From Solibacillus sp. (GTDB taxonomy: Bacteria > Bacillota > Bacilli > Bacillales_A > Planococcaceae): a stretch of DNA of 64,000 nucleotides. Position numbers and translations under genes: made by a program. Below, in pieces: positions 38,464 to 48,848 of the stretch. How positions within the stretch are numbered: position 1 is the stretch's first letter; each line of letters begins with the position of its first letter. The stretch is from positions 1,873 to 65,872 of the forward strand of contig JAZUES010000123.1 in NCBI GenBank assembly GCA_045640265.1. Direction: 5' to 3'. Below the pieces are notes generated by a model. That model was given only the letters and a program-made list of their open reading frames with translations, was not told the DNA's origin and did not search any database.

Positions 38464-39102
38464 TTATGCAGTAACTTTTGCTAACTTTTGTGCTGAAGCT
38501 TTAACTTTTTCTAAGCCTTCTGCAATGATTGCCTCAGCATTATCACGATCTGCTGCGTGACCTTCTATAATTACTTCATCCATTTTTTCCATACCATAGA
38601 CACCGCCTACTACTTTATTAATGTAGTTAACAGCCATTTCCATAGCGTTCATTTCTGGGCTAGAGTAGTTACCCCCGCGTGCGTTTAACACGATGTATTT
38701 TTTGTCAGTCATTAAGCTAACTAATTGACCTTGTTCATTATATTTGAATGTATAACCAGCACCGTAAGTATAATCAATAAAAGATTGTAATGCAGCTGGG
38801 ATTGTTTGATTCCATAATGGGAATGCAAATACTACTACTTCAGCAGCTGTTAAGGCTTCACGAGATTTGTTCATAGCTGCTAATGAAGCTGCTTCGATTT
38901 CTGCTAACTCTTCGCCTGCTTGTAATTTACCAAAAGCGTTGAATAAATCTTGACCGAAGTATGGCATTTTTTCTTCAAATACGTCAAAAGTTGATACGTT
39001 TACACCTTCAACTGTTGCGATTTCAGCCATGAATGTTTCATACATTTTTGTCGATACGCCATCTGGACGGTTGTTTGCTTTTACTACTAATACGTTTGTC
39101 AT
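38464..39102 (-). CDS. azoR: FMN-dependent NADH-azoreductase / quinone reductase
   Basis: GVSTKMYE.F, FAFPLWN..IPA.L, AG.TFKY, NARGG.YS, IEGH; AzoR1(YocJ)-like. Confidence 0.92.
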   Translation of the reverse strand: MTNVLVVKANNRPDGVSTKMYETFMAEIATVEGVNVSTFDVFEEKMPYFGQDLFNAFGKLQAGEELAEIEAASLAAMNKSREALTAAEVVVFAFPLWNQTIPAALQSFIDYTYGAGYTFKYNEQGQLVSLMTDKKYIVLNARGGNYSSPEMNAMEMAVNYINKVVGGVYGMEKMDEVIIEGHAADRDNAEAIIAEGLEKVKASAQKLAKVTA

Positions 39103-39165
39103 TATATATATCTCTCCCTACATACTCTTCTATTATTTTTTTGTTGTATTTATCTTTATTCTATA

Positions 39166-39183
39166 TATCTCAAATTCGAGGTA
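39166..39183. promoter_or_regulatory. MhqR-type operator upstream of azoR
   Basis: TATCTCAAATTCGAGGTA compared with the MhqR consensus TATCTCGAATTCGAGATA. Confidence 0.65.
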
Positions 39184-39248
39184 TATTTATATGATAAAAG
39201 AGTTATTGTAAAAAAGCAATGCAACCATCCTCAGACTTTTGACTGAAA

Positions 39249-39962
39249 TTAAAGTTCACATGAATCATCTGTACAGGTCGCGCCATTTCTACCTTGCATA
39301 TTGAGTGGTTTACGTAAGCCTGCTTCTTGTGCAGCTTTTTCAATGGTATTTTCAAATACTTCTTTTGATTGCGCACCCGAAATACCGAACTTATTGTCGA
39401 TAACAAAGAATGGTACACCACGTACGCCTAATTGTTGTGCAATCACGATATCTGCTTGTACTTCACTTGCAAATTGATCACTTTCTATAATTTCAATTGC
39501 TGTGTCACGTGACAAGCCTACTTGTTCTACTAATGACAGTAAGACATCTGTTTGCCCAATCGCTGCGCCTTCTAAAAAGTATGCTTTTAAAACGCGCTCC
39601 GTGAATACTTTTCCTTTTCCTTCTATTTCTGCCCACTTCGCTAAACGATGTGCTTTTACTGTATTTGCACTTTTCATGTTGTCGAAGTTATAATCAAGCC
39701 CAACTTCTTTTGCTCGTGCTGCTACATTTGCCGTCATATTCTTTACTTCTTCTAATGAAATACGATATTTCTTTTGTAATTCCTCATAGACAGATCCCGC
39801 TGCGTCAACAGGGGTTGTTGGATCTAATAAATAACTTTTATATTCCACATCAATCACTGCATCATAACCTGTTTCCTTTAGTGCAAGTTCTAATTGTTTT
39901 TTACCAATATAACAAAATGGACATACATAATCTGACCAAACTTCAATCTTCAATTTCATCAC
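39249..39962 (-). CDS. DsbA/FrnE family thiol-disulfide oxidoreductase
   Basis: WSDYVCPFCYIG, GVRGVPFF, SGAQ, C-terminal C...SC. Confidence 0.92.
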   Translation of the reverse strand: MMKLKIEVWSDYVCPFCYIGKKQLELALKETGYDAVIDVEYKSYLLDPTTPVDAAGSVYEELQKKYRISLEEVKNMTANVAARAKEVGLDYNFDNMKSANTVKAHRLAKWAEIEGKGKVFTERVLKAYFLEGAAIGQTDVLLSLVEQVGLSRDTAIEIIESDQFASEVQADIVIAQQLGVRGVPFFVIDNKFGISGAQSKEVFENTIEKAAQEAGLRKPLNMQGRNGATCTDDSCEL

Positions 39963-40070
39963 GCTCCTTGCCCATTATTGTATCGAGCATTTGAAAGATA
40001 CACAATGTAAAAAACTCATTGAATAAAATCCATACATCTTTCCCATTATGAAAAATAAAAAGGTGATGCA

Positions 40071-41447
40071 TTGAAACAATCATTATGGCTTAAAAATAAT
40101 GAATCCATCTCCGCTCCAACATTAAAGCAGCATACTACTTGTGAAATTTGCATTGTTGGTGGCGGTTTAAGCGGGGTTTATACAGCTTACTTACTTGCAA
40201 AATTAGGTTATCAAGTTGTATTAGTCGAAGCATTACGAGATTTAGCACATGGTACAACTGCCTACTCAACTGGTAAACTAACAGCACAACACGGTCCTAT
40301 TTATTCGAGCCTGTCCATTGATCAAGGGAAACTGTATTACGAAGCAAACGAGCAAGCTATCCAAAGAGCACTTGAAACAAACCCTAAAAGCTTTTCACGT
40401 GCCACTTCTTTTTTATATACCAATACTGCAAAAGGTAAGGAACAACTTCAAAAAGAGGCAGAATCGTATAAAAAAATAGGCATTCCACTCGTCGCTACAA
40501 ATGAAATTGAACTCGAAATTCCAATTGAATTTGCTTTAGGTATGAAAAATGAAGGACAGATTGATCCGATTGAATTCACACATCACTTTGCACAGCTTGC
40601 TAAAAAATATGGGGCTCAAATTTTCTTGAATACGCGAATCACGACCATTCAGCCTGCCAAAAATTCAATTACGACAAATCAGGGATATACGATTCATTAT
40701 AAAAAACTTATTCTTTGCACTCATTATCCAATTGAATCGATTCGTAATTTATATAGTGTGAAGCTGCAAATCGATCGTTCTTATTTAACCGCAACGAAAT
40801 GTTCTCAGCTATTAGAAGGACAATATTTAAGCATTGATGAACAAAGTCGTACTATTCGAACGGCGTTAGTTGATCAACAACCTTACTTTCTTTATGGAGG
40901 ACGTTCTCATCTTGCTGGTACAGTTGAACATACCCAATCGTATTATGAAACTCTTCACTCAGAACTACACAACTTCGAACTACCAGAACCTGAATTTAGT
41001 TGGAGTGCGCAAGACGTTATGACGTCTAATCAGATTCCCTATATCGGACAATTGTCTAAAAATGATGATAGTTTGTATATCGCTACTGGTTTTAATAAAT
41101 GGGGAATTTCTTCTTCACTGGTTGCAGGGGAGATACTTCGTGATTTAATTCAAAAAATAACGCCACCCGCTGCTATGCTTTATTCACCGACACGTTCAAG
41201 CTTTGGAAGGCAGATTTATTATATGTTGCAAACAGGGGGCTTTATTAGTAAAGAATTTATCAAAGGCTACGTAACGCGGAATGAGGCACCTCGCTGTACG
41301 CATCTTGGCTGTAAGACGCGTTGGAACGAGGGGGATCAAACATGGGATTGCCCATGTCATGGCTCTCGCTATAACGAAAAAGGAGATGTTATAGAGGGTC
41401 CTGCAGTGTATCCATTAGAAATAAAAAAATCCGGTGACTCCAAATAA
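40071..41447 (+). CDS. FAD-dependent oxidoreductase with C-terminal Rieske 2Fe-2S motif (YhfW-like)
   Basis: GGGLSG, GTT.YSTGK.T.QH, TGFNKWG, CTHLGC...WDCPCHGS. Confidence 0.9.
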   Translation: MKQSLWLKNNESISAPTLKQHTTCEICIVGGGLSGVYTAYLLAKLGYQVVLVEALRDLAHGTTAYSTGKLTAQHGPIYSSLSIDQGKLYYEANEQAIQRALETNPKSFSRATSFLYTNTAKGKEQLQKEAESYKKIGIPLVATNEIELEIPIEFALGMKNEGQIDPIEFTHHFAQLAKKYGAQIFLNTRITTIQPAKNSITTNQGYTIHYKKLILCTHYPIESIRNLYSVKLQIDRSYLTATKCSQLLEGQYLSIDEQSRTIRTALVDQQPYFLYGGRSHLAGTVEHTQSYYETLHSELHNFELPEPEFSWSAQDVMTSNQIPYIGQLSKNDDSLYIATGFNKWGISSSLVAGEILRDLIQKITPPAAMLYSPTRSSFGRQIYYMLQTGGFISKEFIKGYVTRNEAPRCTHLGCKTRWNEGDQTWDCPCHGSRYNEKGDVIEGPAVYPLEIKKSGDSK

Positions 41448-41468
41448 ATTGGACACCGGATTTTCCTA

Positions 41469-42395
41469 TTATTTTAATCCTTCTGTTAACACAGGGACGA
41501 TTTGTTTTTTACGAGATACAACACCTGGTAAGCTAATTCGACCGTTTACAACTTCTGCACCGAAAGCTTTAGCCGCTGCTTCAGCAACAGTTCCTACTGC
41601 TACCGCTGTTGAATCGTTGTTTAAAATGTCTGTTACAACGAAGAAGAATAAATCTAACCCGTTATCTGCAACATTTTTATTTAATAAGTTTTCAAGTTCT
41701 GCTTGACGACCAAGTACATCTTCAATATCGACTGCATTAACTTGTGCGACAGTAGCCTTATAAGAACCAAATTCAAAACCTTTTGCATCTAATGATAATA
41801 AATCTTCTAATGATTTATCAGAAAGATCTGCACCTGCTTTTAACATGGCTAAACCGTATACGTCTGCATCAATACCAGCAATGGTAGCTAATTCTGCACC
41901 CGCTTTTACGTCTTGTTGTGTGCATGTTGGTGATTTGAAAAGTAATGTATCTGAAACGATTGCTGATAACATTAACCCAGCGATGTTTGATGGTATTTCT
42001 ACATTATTTTCTTTAAAGATTTTGTTTAAAATTGTTGCTGTACAACCTACAGGCTCAGCACGAAAATATAATGGATCTGCAGTTTGGAAGTTGGCAATAC
42101 GGTGATGATCGATTACTTCTGTAATTTGTACTTCTTCAATACCGTCTGCTGATTGTTGGAATTCGTTGTGGTCAACAAGGATTACTTGTTGGGCTTCGTC
42201 TTTTACATTTGCAATTAAACGTGGTGCAGTGAAACCAAATTTATCTAAAGCAAATTGTGTTTCGTTATTTACTTTCCCAAGGCGTACTGCTTCTACGTCT
42301 ACACCTAACTGTTTTTTTAAGTATGCATAGACGATTGCTGAAGTGATTGTATCTGTATCAGGATTTTTATGTCCAAAAATTAATGTTTTACTCAT
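41469..42395 (-). CDS. ppaC: Mn-dependent inorganic pyrophosphatase (family II)
   Basis: [37 protein letters not shown]; start ATG 42395. Confidence 0.97.
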   Translation of the reverse strand: MSKTLIFGHKNPDTDTITSAIVYAYLKKQLGVDVEAVRLGKVNNETQFALDKFGFTAPRLIANVKDEAQQVILVDHNEFQQSADGIEEVQITEVIDHHRIANFQTADPLYFRAEPVGCTATILNKIFKENNVEIPSNIAGLMLSAIVSDTLLFKSPTCTQQDVKAGAELATIAGIDADVYGLAMLKAGADLSDKSLEDLLSLDAKGFEFGSYKATVAQVNAVDIEDVLGRQAELENLLNKNVADNGLDLFFFVVTDILNNDSTAVAVGTVAEAAAKAFGAEVVNGRISLPGVVSRKKQIVPVLTEGLK

Positions 42396-42569
42396 TATTG
42401 AGCCTCCTATATGAAATGCTTTTTCGCTTTTCATTTTAACACATCCACGGAATTGAGAAAAATAGAAGATTTCTTGTAAAAATCTTTCAAAAAAACTATA
42501 AAAATTATTAATTTTATGCTATTTTTGATAGATACGCCCTACAGGCATATGAAATAACAGAAATGAGGA

Positions 42570-43358
42570 TTGAAAATGAATAAAATGGAAAAGAAATATA
42601 TTCCATTAGCACAATTTTTCGAAACATGTACGCATAATACGTTTACGTTAACATACGAAGAAATTCAGAATATTATGGGGTATGAGCTTCCAAATGCCGC
42701 ATTTTTAAACTTGAGCTGGTGGAAAAAAACAAAGGCGCCTTCAACACATTATTTTGCATGGACAAATTATAATTACCAAGTCATCCATGTAAACTTAGGC
42801 ATTTCAGTTACATTTTCTTGTTCACAAGAAGAAGAAACGCCAAATCAAAAATCGAAAAACTCTTATATCATTCGCCCAATTGAAGCAAATGATGCACGTG
42901 GTTTCATTAATTTACAAGAGGAAATTTTAGCCCAAACAAACTTCGGTTATTTTACACCAGATGAACAAGGCTTAACCGTTCAGCAAGTGCGTAAAAACAT
43001 TGTAGATTGGCGCAAACAAAAAACAAGTACTGTATTACTTTGTATTTACAACGGGAAATTTGCTGGCTATGCACAATTAGTCGGAAATGTAGCATCCAAA
43101 GTTAAACATATTGCTGTTGTACGCATTGCGGTTCTTGAACAATTCCAAAAACAAGGTTTAGCGACAGCACTTTTAGCAGAAAGTGAAAAATGGGCACACG
43201 CGAATCATATTTCACGTCTTGAAGCAAATGTTATGGTACATAATGAACCTGCTCTTACCCTTTTCAAAAAGGACTTCACATTAGAAGGAAAACGTGAAAA
43301 AGCATTTTTATTAGACGAACAATTCATTGACGAAATGCAATTTAGTAAAATCATTTAA
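42570..43358 (+). CDS. Two-domain protein: small N-terminal domain (KY.PL..FF...LT.EEI..I.G..LP..A.....WW) fused to a GNAT acetyltransferase
   Basis: C-terminal V...FQKQGLAT.LL and N..A..LF GNAT motifs; the N-terminal ~85 aa resemble the DUF7662-type domain (recognised from memory). Confidence 0.8.
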   Translation: MKMNKMEKKYIPLAQFFETCTHNTFTLTYEEIQNIMGYELPNAAFLNLSWWKKTKAPSTHYFAWTNYNYQVIHVNLGISVTFSCSQEEETPNQKSKNSYIIRPIEANDARGFINLQEEILAQTNFGYFTPDEQGLTVQQVRKNIVDWRKQKTSTVLLCIYNGKFAGYAQLVGNVASKVKHIAVVRIAVLEQFQKQGLATALLAESEKWAHANHISRLEANVMVHNEPALTLFKKDFTLEGKREKAFLLDEQFIDEMQFSKII

Positions 43359-43362
43359 TTAC

Positions 43363-43403
43363 AAAAAATCGTAAAGGTCCTCTAGTGGCCTTTACGATTT
43401 TTT
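43363..43403. terminator. Bidirectional terminator
   Basis: aaaaaatcgtaaagg...cctttacgatttttt. Confidence 0.8.
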
Positions 43404-44247
43404 ACCCTATGGAAATTAGATTTGATTCAGCCGTCTCTTTATTTTTTTGACGGAATGTATGATAGTGTTGTGGATTTTGATTGACCATAGCTTCCACTAA
43501 TAGATGTAATAAAGAGAAAATAGCAATCGTACATGTCGTGCTACCTTCTTGAACGTAGGGCACTAAAAGTACGGAATTTGCGGGCTCTTCCATGCTTTTC
43601 AATACTTTATCTCGAATCGCAATAATTTTTACATTTTTTCGCTTGGCAATTTCAACAGTTGTTAATATGTCCTCATATTCATCATCCAAAGAAATTATAA
43701 ATAATAAGGAATCCTCATCCATCATCGCAAGTTGTTGCGCGATTGTTTCTGCATCATGCTGAATGAAAAACACTTGTTCACGTAACATTGATAAATTATC
43801 GTACATCCAAAATGCAGCTGGCGCTGATTGTCTAAACCCTAAAACATGAATTCTACTTGAATTATGCAATTCATGGACTACCTTTTGAACTACTTGTTCA
43901 TTTAATTCATTAAATGTTTTTGAAATTCCCACAATGTCTTGTTTGACAATTTCAGCACCAAATTGGCTTTTAAGTCGTTTTATAGGTACTGGTTTTTTTT
44001 CTGCTGTCAATTCACCCTTATCAATTAAATAAGCCTTCATTTTATCCTGCAATTCACTAAATCCCGAAAAATCCATTGCATAACAAAAACGAATAACGGT
44101 CGATTCACTAACATCTGCTAATCTACCTATTTCTGAAGCAATTTGTGTCGCGATTATAGCCGGATTGTCCATAACAAACTGAGCGACCTTACGCTGACCC
44201 TTCGATAAACGGACATATTTTCTTTTAATATCATCACATATACTCAT
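43402..44247 (-). CDS. MurR/RpiR family transcriptional regulator
   Basis: LSKGQRKVA, VSESTVIRFC...FSGF HTH plus SIS domain. Confidence 0.92.
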   Translation of the reverse strand: MSICDDIKRKYVRLSKGQRKVAQFVMDNPAIIATQIASEIGRLADVSESTVIRFCYAMDFSGFSELQDKMKAYLIDKGELTAEKKPVPIKRLKSQFGAEIVKQDIVGISKTFNELNEQVVQKVVHELHNSSRIHVLGFRQSAPAAFWMYDNLSMLREQVFFIQHDAETIAQQLAMMDEDSLLFIISLDDEYEDILTTVEIAKRKNVKIIAIRDKVLKSMEEPANSVLLVPYVQEGSTTCTIAIFSLLHLLVEAMVNQNPQHYHTFRQKNKETAESNLISIG

Positions 44248-44597
44248 CCTATAACCTCTCCCCTTTTTTGTACCCGATTTATATGAAATAACTTGAGTTA
44301 ACTTTAGTACAATTCTATTCTCTCGTTCTTAAATTATATAATAAAAAAACATTATCATGAATATTAATAGAATTCAACGAGTTTTCAGAAAAAACTTCAG
44401 TTAACTAAAGAACTGCTTGTTTTTCATAGTTTAGTGCCATGTTTTTGTAATATTTAACAATAAAATTAAAGATTTATTAATACGCACCTATGATAATTTT
44501 TTTAATATAATCTTTCATACTGTATAAATATTGATTAAAAAAGAGACCACTTAAAAAGAATTTCTCTTTTCAAGTAGCCTCATTTTCTATTATTTTA

Positions 44598-45830
44598 TTA
44601 TTGTAATTCAGTTTGTTTTGTTTCTTTTCCCAATAAAATGACTGCTAATACACCAATGACAATGGCTATACAGAATATCGTGAACACATTACTAATATCA
44701 TATCCTTTTGTTAGCATCGACCCGACTAATAATGGCCCAAAGACCCCACCAACACGACCTACAGCTCCGGCCATACCTGCGCCAGTCCCACGTACAATAG
44801 CTGGGTATTGCTCCGGTGTATATGCGTACAATGCGCCCCATGCCCCTAAATTGAAGAAAGATAGTAGCATTCCTGAGATCAATAATGTTGTAATCGTATC
44901 CGCACCACCAAACGCAAAGGCACTAGCAGCTGTCCCCAATAAATACGTAACTAATACAAACTTTCGACCAAACTTCTCGATAAACCACGCCGCAGTAAAA
45001 TAACCAGGTAATTGCGCTAATGTCATAATTAAAACGTATTTAAAGCTTGAAATTAAATCAAATCCTTTTCCTACCATAACGCTCGGTAACCATAAAAACA
45101 TACCGTAGTAAGAAAACACAACAGCAAACCATAAAATCCATAACATTAATGTAGACCTTGCATATTTTTTCGACCATACTTCACGCATATTTTGAAGAAT
45201 AGAACGTTTCTTTGATTCTACCTTTACAGTAAACTGCGGTGAATCAGGTAATTTCATACGAATATAAATGGCATAAAACGCAGGAATCGCTGTTAGGAGT
45301 AACGCGACACGCCATCCCTCAATTGGCCAGAATTCTGCTGGAATAACAAAATAAGAAAGTATAGCGGCAATCAACCAGCCACCTGCCCAAAAGCTTTCTA
45401 ATAACACAACCACTCGTCCGCGCTCTTCTGCTTTTACACTTTCTGAAACTAATGTAGAAGCCACTGGAAGTTCTCCACCAAGCCCCATCCCAACGAAGAA
45501 ACGAAATATTAAAAACGCAGCAAAGGTTGTGGTAAGCGCTGAGATTCCACTAGCTACGGAAAATACGATTAACGTCCACATAAATATTTGTTTACGTCCT
45601 ATTTTATCAGCGAGTACGCCAAAAAGAAGGGCTCCTACGGCCATCCCTATAGAGTTAACACTACCAATCCACCCCATTTGACTACTATTTAATCCCCAAT
45701 CCACTGCAAGTGCAGCAATAACAAAGGAAAGAATGCCGACATCCATTGCATCAAACATCCATCCAACACCGGCAACACCTAATAATTTATTGCGAGAAAG
45801 AGGCTGTACTTGATCTTTGTTTTCTTTCAT
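44598..45830 (-). CDS. niaP: MFS transporter, niacin uptake NiaP (B. subtilis YceI)-like
   Basis: GWMFDAMDVG, GLGGELPVASTLVSE, RGR..V.LESFW, YAYTPEQYP; NiaR box over the promoter. Confidence 0.85.
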   Translation of the reverse strand: MKENKDQVQPLSRNKLLGVAGVGWMFDAMDVGILSFVIAALAVDWGLNSSQMGWIGSVNSIGMAVGALLFGVLADKIGRKQIFMWTLIVFSVASGISALTTTFAAFLIFRFFVGMGLGGELPVASTLVSESVKAEERGRVVVLLESFWAGGWLIAAILSYFVIPAEFWPIEGWRVALLLTAIPAFYAIYIRMKLPDSPQFTVKVESKKRSILQNMREVWSKKYARSTLMLWILWFAVVFSYYGMFLWLPSVMVGKGFDLISSFKYVLIMTLAQLPGYFTAAWFIEKFGRKFVLVTYLLGTAASAFAFGGADTITTLLISGMLLSFFNLGAWGALYAYTPEQYPAIVRGTGAGMAGAVGRVGGVFGPLLVGSMLTKGYDISNVFTIFCIAIVIGVLAVILLGKETKQTELQ

Positions 45831-45845
45831 TTTACCATTCCACCT

Positions 45846-45867
45846 TCCACCTGTCTTTACACATGAC
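45846..45867. promoter_or_regulatory. NiaR (YrxA) operator
   Basis: TCCACCTGTCTTTACACATGAC with the TGTC-N2-(T/G)ACA core, adjacent to the niaP RBS. Confidence 0.7.
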
Positions 45868-46043
45868 ATAACAATAATTTCTATCATACATTTGATTCTT
45901 AAAAGTGACAACTATTATTTAATTTATCGAATAGTTTAGACAATTTAGCTTTTTCTATTGAAATAGACTATCCATAGGGTTAAAATTTCTTGTATATAAA
46001 AACAACTGTTCATCCAGTGAGAACAAAAGGAGCTAACTTGTCT

Positions 46044-47102
46044 ATGTGGAAAGGTCTTATCGAAGAATATAAACACTATTTACCAGTTACAGAAAATACA
46101 CCGGCACTTTCTTTAAATGAAGGGAACACGCCTTTAATTCATTTAGTGAATTTATCAAAAGAACTAGGGATTGAATTATACGGGAAAATTGAAGGAGCCA
46201 ATCCAACAGGTTCATTTAAAGATAGAGGTATGGTTTTTGCCGTAGCAAAAGCAATCGAAGAAGGCTCTAAAATAGTCATTTGTGCTTCTACAGGAAATAC
46301 TTCAGCTGCAGCGGCTGCCTATGCCGCGCGCGCAGGAATTCAATCAATTGTCGTAATTCCTAAAGGAAAAGTAGCACTTGGTAAACTAGCACAAGCTTGT
46401 ATGTACGGGGCCAAAATTATTGAAATCGACGGGAACTTTGACGATGCTTTAAATATCGTTCGTAAAATAGGCGAAACAACACCAATTGCTCTTGTAAACT
46501 CAGTAAACCCATACCGCATTGAAGGACAAAAAACGGCCGCTTTTGAAATTGTGGACCAATTAGGAAAAGCACCCGATTATTTATGTATCCCTGTAGGTAA
46601 TGCTGGAAATATTACAGCTTACTGGAAAGGGTTTAAGGAATATAATGCAGCAAAACAAAGTGGATTACCAAAAATGTATGGCTTTGAAGCAGAAGGGTCC
46701 GCTGCCATCGTAAAAGGCGAGCCAATTGCTAATCCAGAAACAGTGGCAACAGCAATTCGTATCGGGAATCCAGCAAGTTGGAAATTTGCAGAAGCAGCTC
46801 GTGATGAATCAGGCGGTATTATCGACTCTGTAACAGATGAAGAAATTTTATCTGCTTACCAATTAATCGCAGGTAAAGAAGGTATTTTCGTTGAACCCGG
46901 CTCTGCTGCATCTCTTGCAGGTGTCATTAAGTCAGTGAAAGCTGGAAAGATTACTCCTGGAAGCCGTGTTGTTACTGTGTTTACTGGTAATGGTTTAAAG
47001 GACCCCGATACAGCAATGAATGTTTCGACGGTTGATCTTGTTTCACTTCAAAATGATGAACAAGAAATCCGCCAATACATCGAGGGTGTTTTCAGTCTAT
47101 GA
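46044..47102 (+). CDS. thrC: Threonine synthase
   Basis: [36 protein letters not shown]; start ATG 46044 (RBS AAAGGAG). Confidence 0.97.
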   Translation: MWKGLIEEYKHYLPVTENTPALSLNEGNTPLIHLVNLSKELGIELYGKIEGANPTGSFKDRGMVFAVAKAIEEGSKIVICASTGNTSAAAAAYAARAGIQSIVVIPKGKVALGKLAQACMYGAKIIEIDGNFDDALNIVRKIGETTPIALVNSVNPYRIEGQKTAAFEIVDQLGKAPDYLCIPVGNAGNITAYWKGFKEYNAAKQSGLPKMYGFEAEGSAAIVKGEPIANPETVATAIRIGNPASWKFAEAARDESGGIIDSVTDEEILSAYQLIAGKEGIFVEPGSAASLAGVIKSVKAGKITPGSRVVTVFTGNGLKDPDTAMNVSTVDLVSLQNDEQEIRQYIEGVFSL

Positions 47103-47998
47103 GTACAACATGGCAAATCAAAGTCCCTGGCAGTACAGCAAATTTAGGACCTGGATTTGACTCGATTGGACTCGGACTATCACTTTACTTAACATTAGAG
47201 GTAACTTTACAGGATAATTGGGAATTCATTCATATTGGAGAAAATGTCCCTGCTGACACAACTGTGGAAACGCATTTGATTTATAAAATTGCACAGCAAG
47301 TTGCGAAGCAGTTTAATGTGATATTACGTTCATGCAAAGTCAAAATGACAAGTGAATTACCACTTGCTCGTGGACTCGGTAGTAGTGCGGCAGCTATTGT
47401 CGCTGCCATTGAACTGGCCAATATTTTAGGTGATTTAAATTTATCAACACAAGATAAATTAAATATTTCATCCCAAATTGAAGGACATCCAGACAATGCA
47501 ACTGCTTCTGTGCTAGGTGGATTAACAATTTCTTCAATGGATGAACAAGGAATTGTCGATACGTTACATATTCCAGAAGTAGATGCTTCATTTGTCGTGT
47601 TCATACCGAATGTAGAATTAAAAACAGCAGAGTCACGTGGCGTATTACCTGAAAAGTTTGATCGTGGTTATGCGGTACGCGCCAGTGCCAATGCCAATAT
47701 GCTCGCTGCGTCACTCATTGCAAAAGATTATGTGCGTATCGGACGCTACATGGAAAGCGATTTATTCCACGAGCCATTCCGCGCAAAATTAATCTCAAAC
47801 TATGAAGAAATTCATTATGCAGCGAAAAGGGCTGGTGCGTATGGAACAGCATTAAGTGGTGCAGGTCCTACATTAATTTCGATTGTACCAACCAATATTG
47901 CACAACAATTCGTCATTGAAATGAATAACCAATTCACCGAACATAAAATTGTGTTAACACAAGCGGATTCAATTGGTTCTCAGGTGACAAAATATTAA
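47099..47998 (+). CDS. thrB: Homoserine kinase
   Basis: [32 protein letters not shown]. Confidence 0.97.
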   Translation: MSTTWQIKVPGSTANLGPGFDSIGLGLSLYLTLEVTLQDNWEFIHIGENVPADTTVETHLIYKIAQQVAKQFNVILRSCKVKMTSELPLARGLGSSAAAIVAAIELANILGDLNLSTQDKLNISSQIEGHPDNATASVLGGLTISSMDEQGIVDTLHIPEVDASFVVFIPNVELKTAESRGVLPEKFDRGYAVRASANANMLAASLIAKDYVRIGRYMESDLFHEPFRAKLISNYEEIHYAAKRAGAYGTALSGAGPTLISIVPTNIAQQFVIEMNNQFTEHKIVLTQADSIGSQVTKY

Positions 47999-48056
47999 TT
48001 TTTGCGAGTTCTTTCTAATAAACAGAAAGACTCGTTTTTTTATTTTCTGGTAATAT

Positions 48057-48086
48057 GCATACTTTTCTCTGTTTTCGGGTATATTA
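48057..48086 (+). promoter_or_regulatory. Possible SigF/SigB-type promoter
   Basis: GCATA-N15-GGGTATATTA. Confidence 0.4.
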
Positions 48087-48116
48087 ATAAATCTACTGTT
48101 AGAAAGGGGTATGTAT

Positions 48117-48764
48117 ATGAAAATTGCAGTAATTGGAGCTGCTGGAAAAGCAGGGACACATATTTTACGTGAGGCGATTATGCGCAACCTAGATGTGACT
48201 GCGATTGTTAAAAACAAAGCAACTGTACAAGTTGAAAATGCAACGATCATCGAAAGTGACTTATTTCGTTTAACAAAAGAGCAAATTCAACCATTTGATA
48301 TCATTATTAATGCCTTTGCCCCGCTACCAGGGGAAGAAAATTTACATGTATCAGCTGGAAGGCATTTAATTTCACTTTTAGAAGGCACCACGAAAAAATT
48401 AATCGTCTTAGGAAGCTCTGGCTGCCTTTATATCGACCGCGAGAAAACGAAACGGCTGATGGATACTGAAGACTATCCAGAGGAACTAGTCGCTAACGCC
48501 AAGGCACAATTACAAAACTTAAATGATTTAGAAAATTCATCAATTCAATGGATTTTTGTCCTTCCTTCTAAGGTATTTGATTCAGACGGACCTCGTACTG
48601 GTCATTATATTAAAGGTGAAGAAAAGCTTTTAGTTAACTCACAATTTAATAGCTATATTAGTTACGCGGACTTTGCGGTCGCCATACTAGATGAAATTGA
48701 AAATAATGAATATCAAAGCAAAACGTTCACAGTTGCATCTGAAAATGTAACATCCGCATCATAA
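48117..48764 (+). CDS. NAD(P)H-binding oxidoreductase (YwnB/BVR-B-like)
   Basis: MKIAVIGA.GKAG, G.RTG.Y, SYISYADFA.AILDEIE. Confidence 0.88.
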   Translation: MKIAVIGAAGKAGTHILREAIMRNLDVTAIVKNKATVQVENATIIESDLFRLTKEQIQPFDIIINAFAPLPGEENLHVSAGRHLISLLEGTTKKLIVLGSSGCLYIDREKTKRLMDTEDYPEELVANAKAQLQNLNDLENSSIQWIFVLPSKVFDSDGPRTGHYIKGEEKLLVNSQFNSYISYADFAVAILDEIENNEYQSKTFTVASENVTSAS

Positions 48765-48848
48765 ATTAAAGACGTCTCACAGAAATTGTGGACGTCTTTT
48801 TTCATTTTATACAAAAAGACTAACTATAAAAAAAGAATTCCTAAAAAC

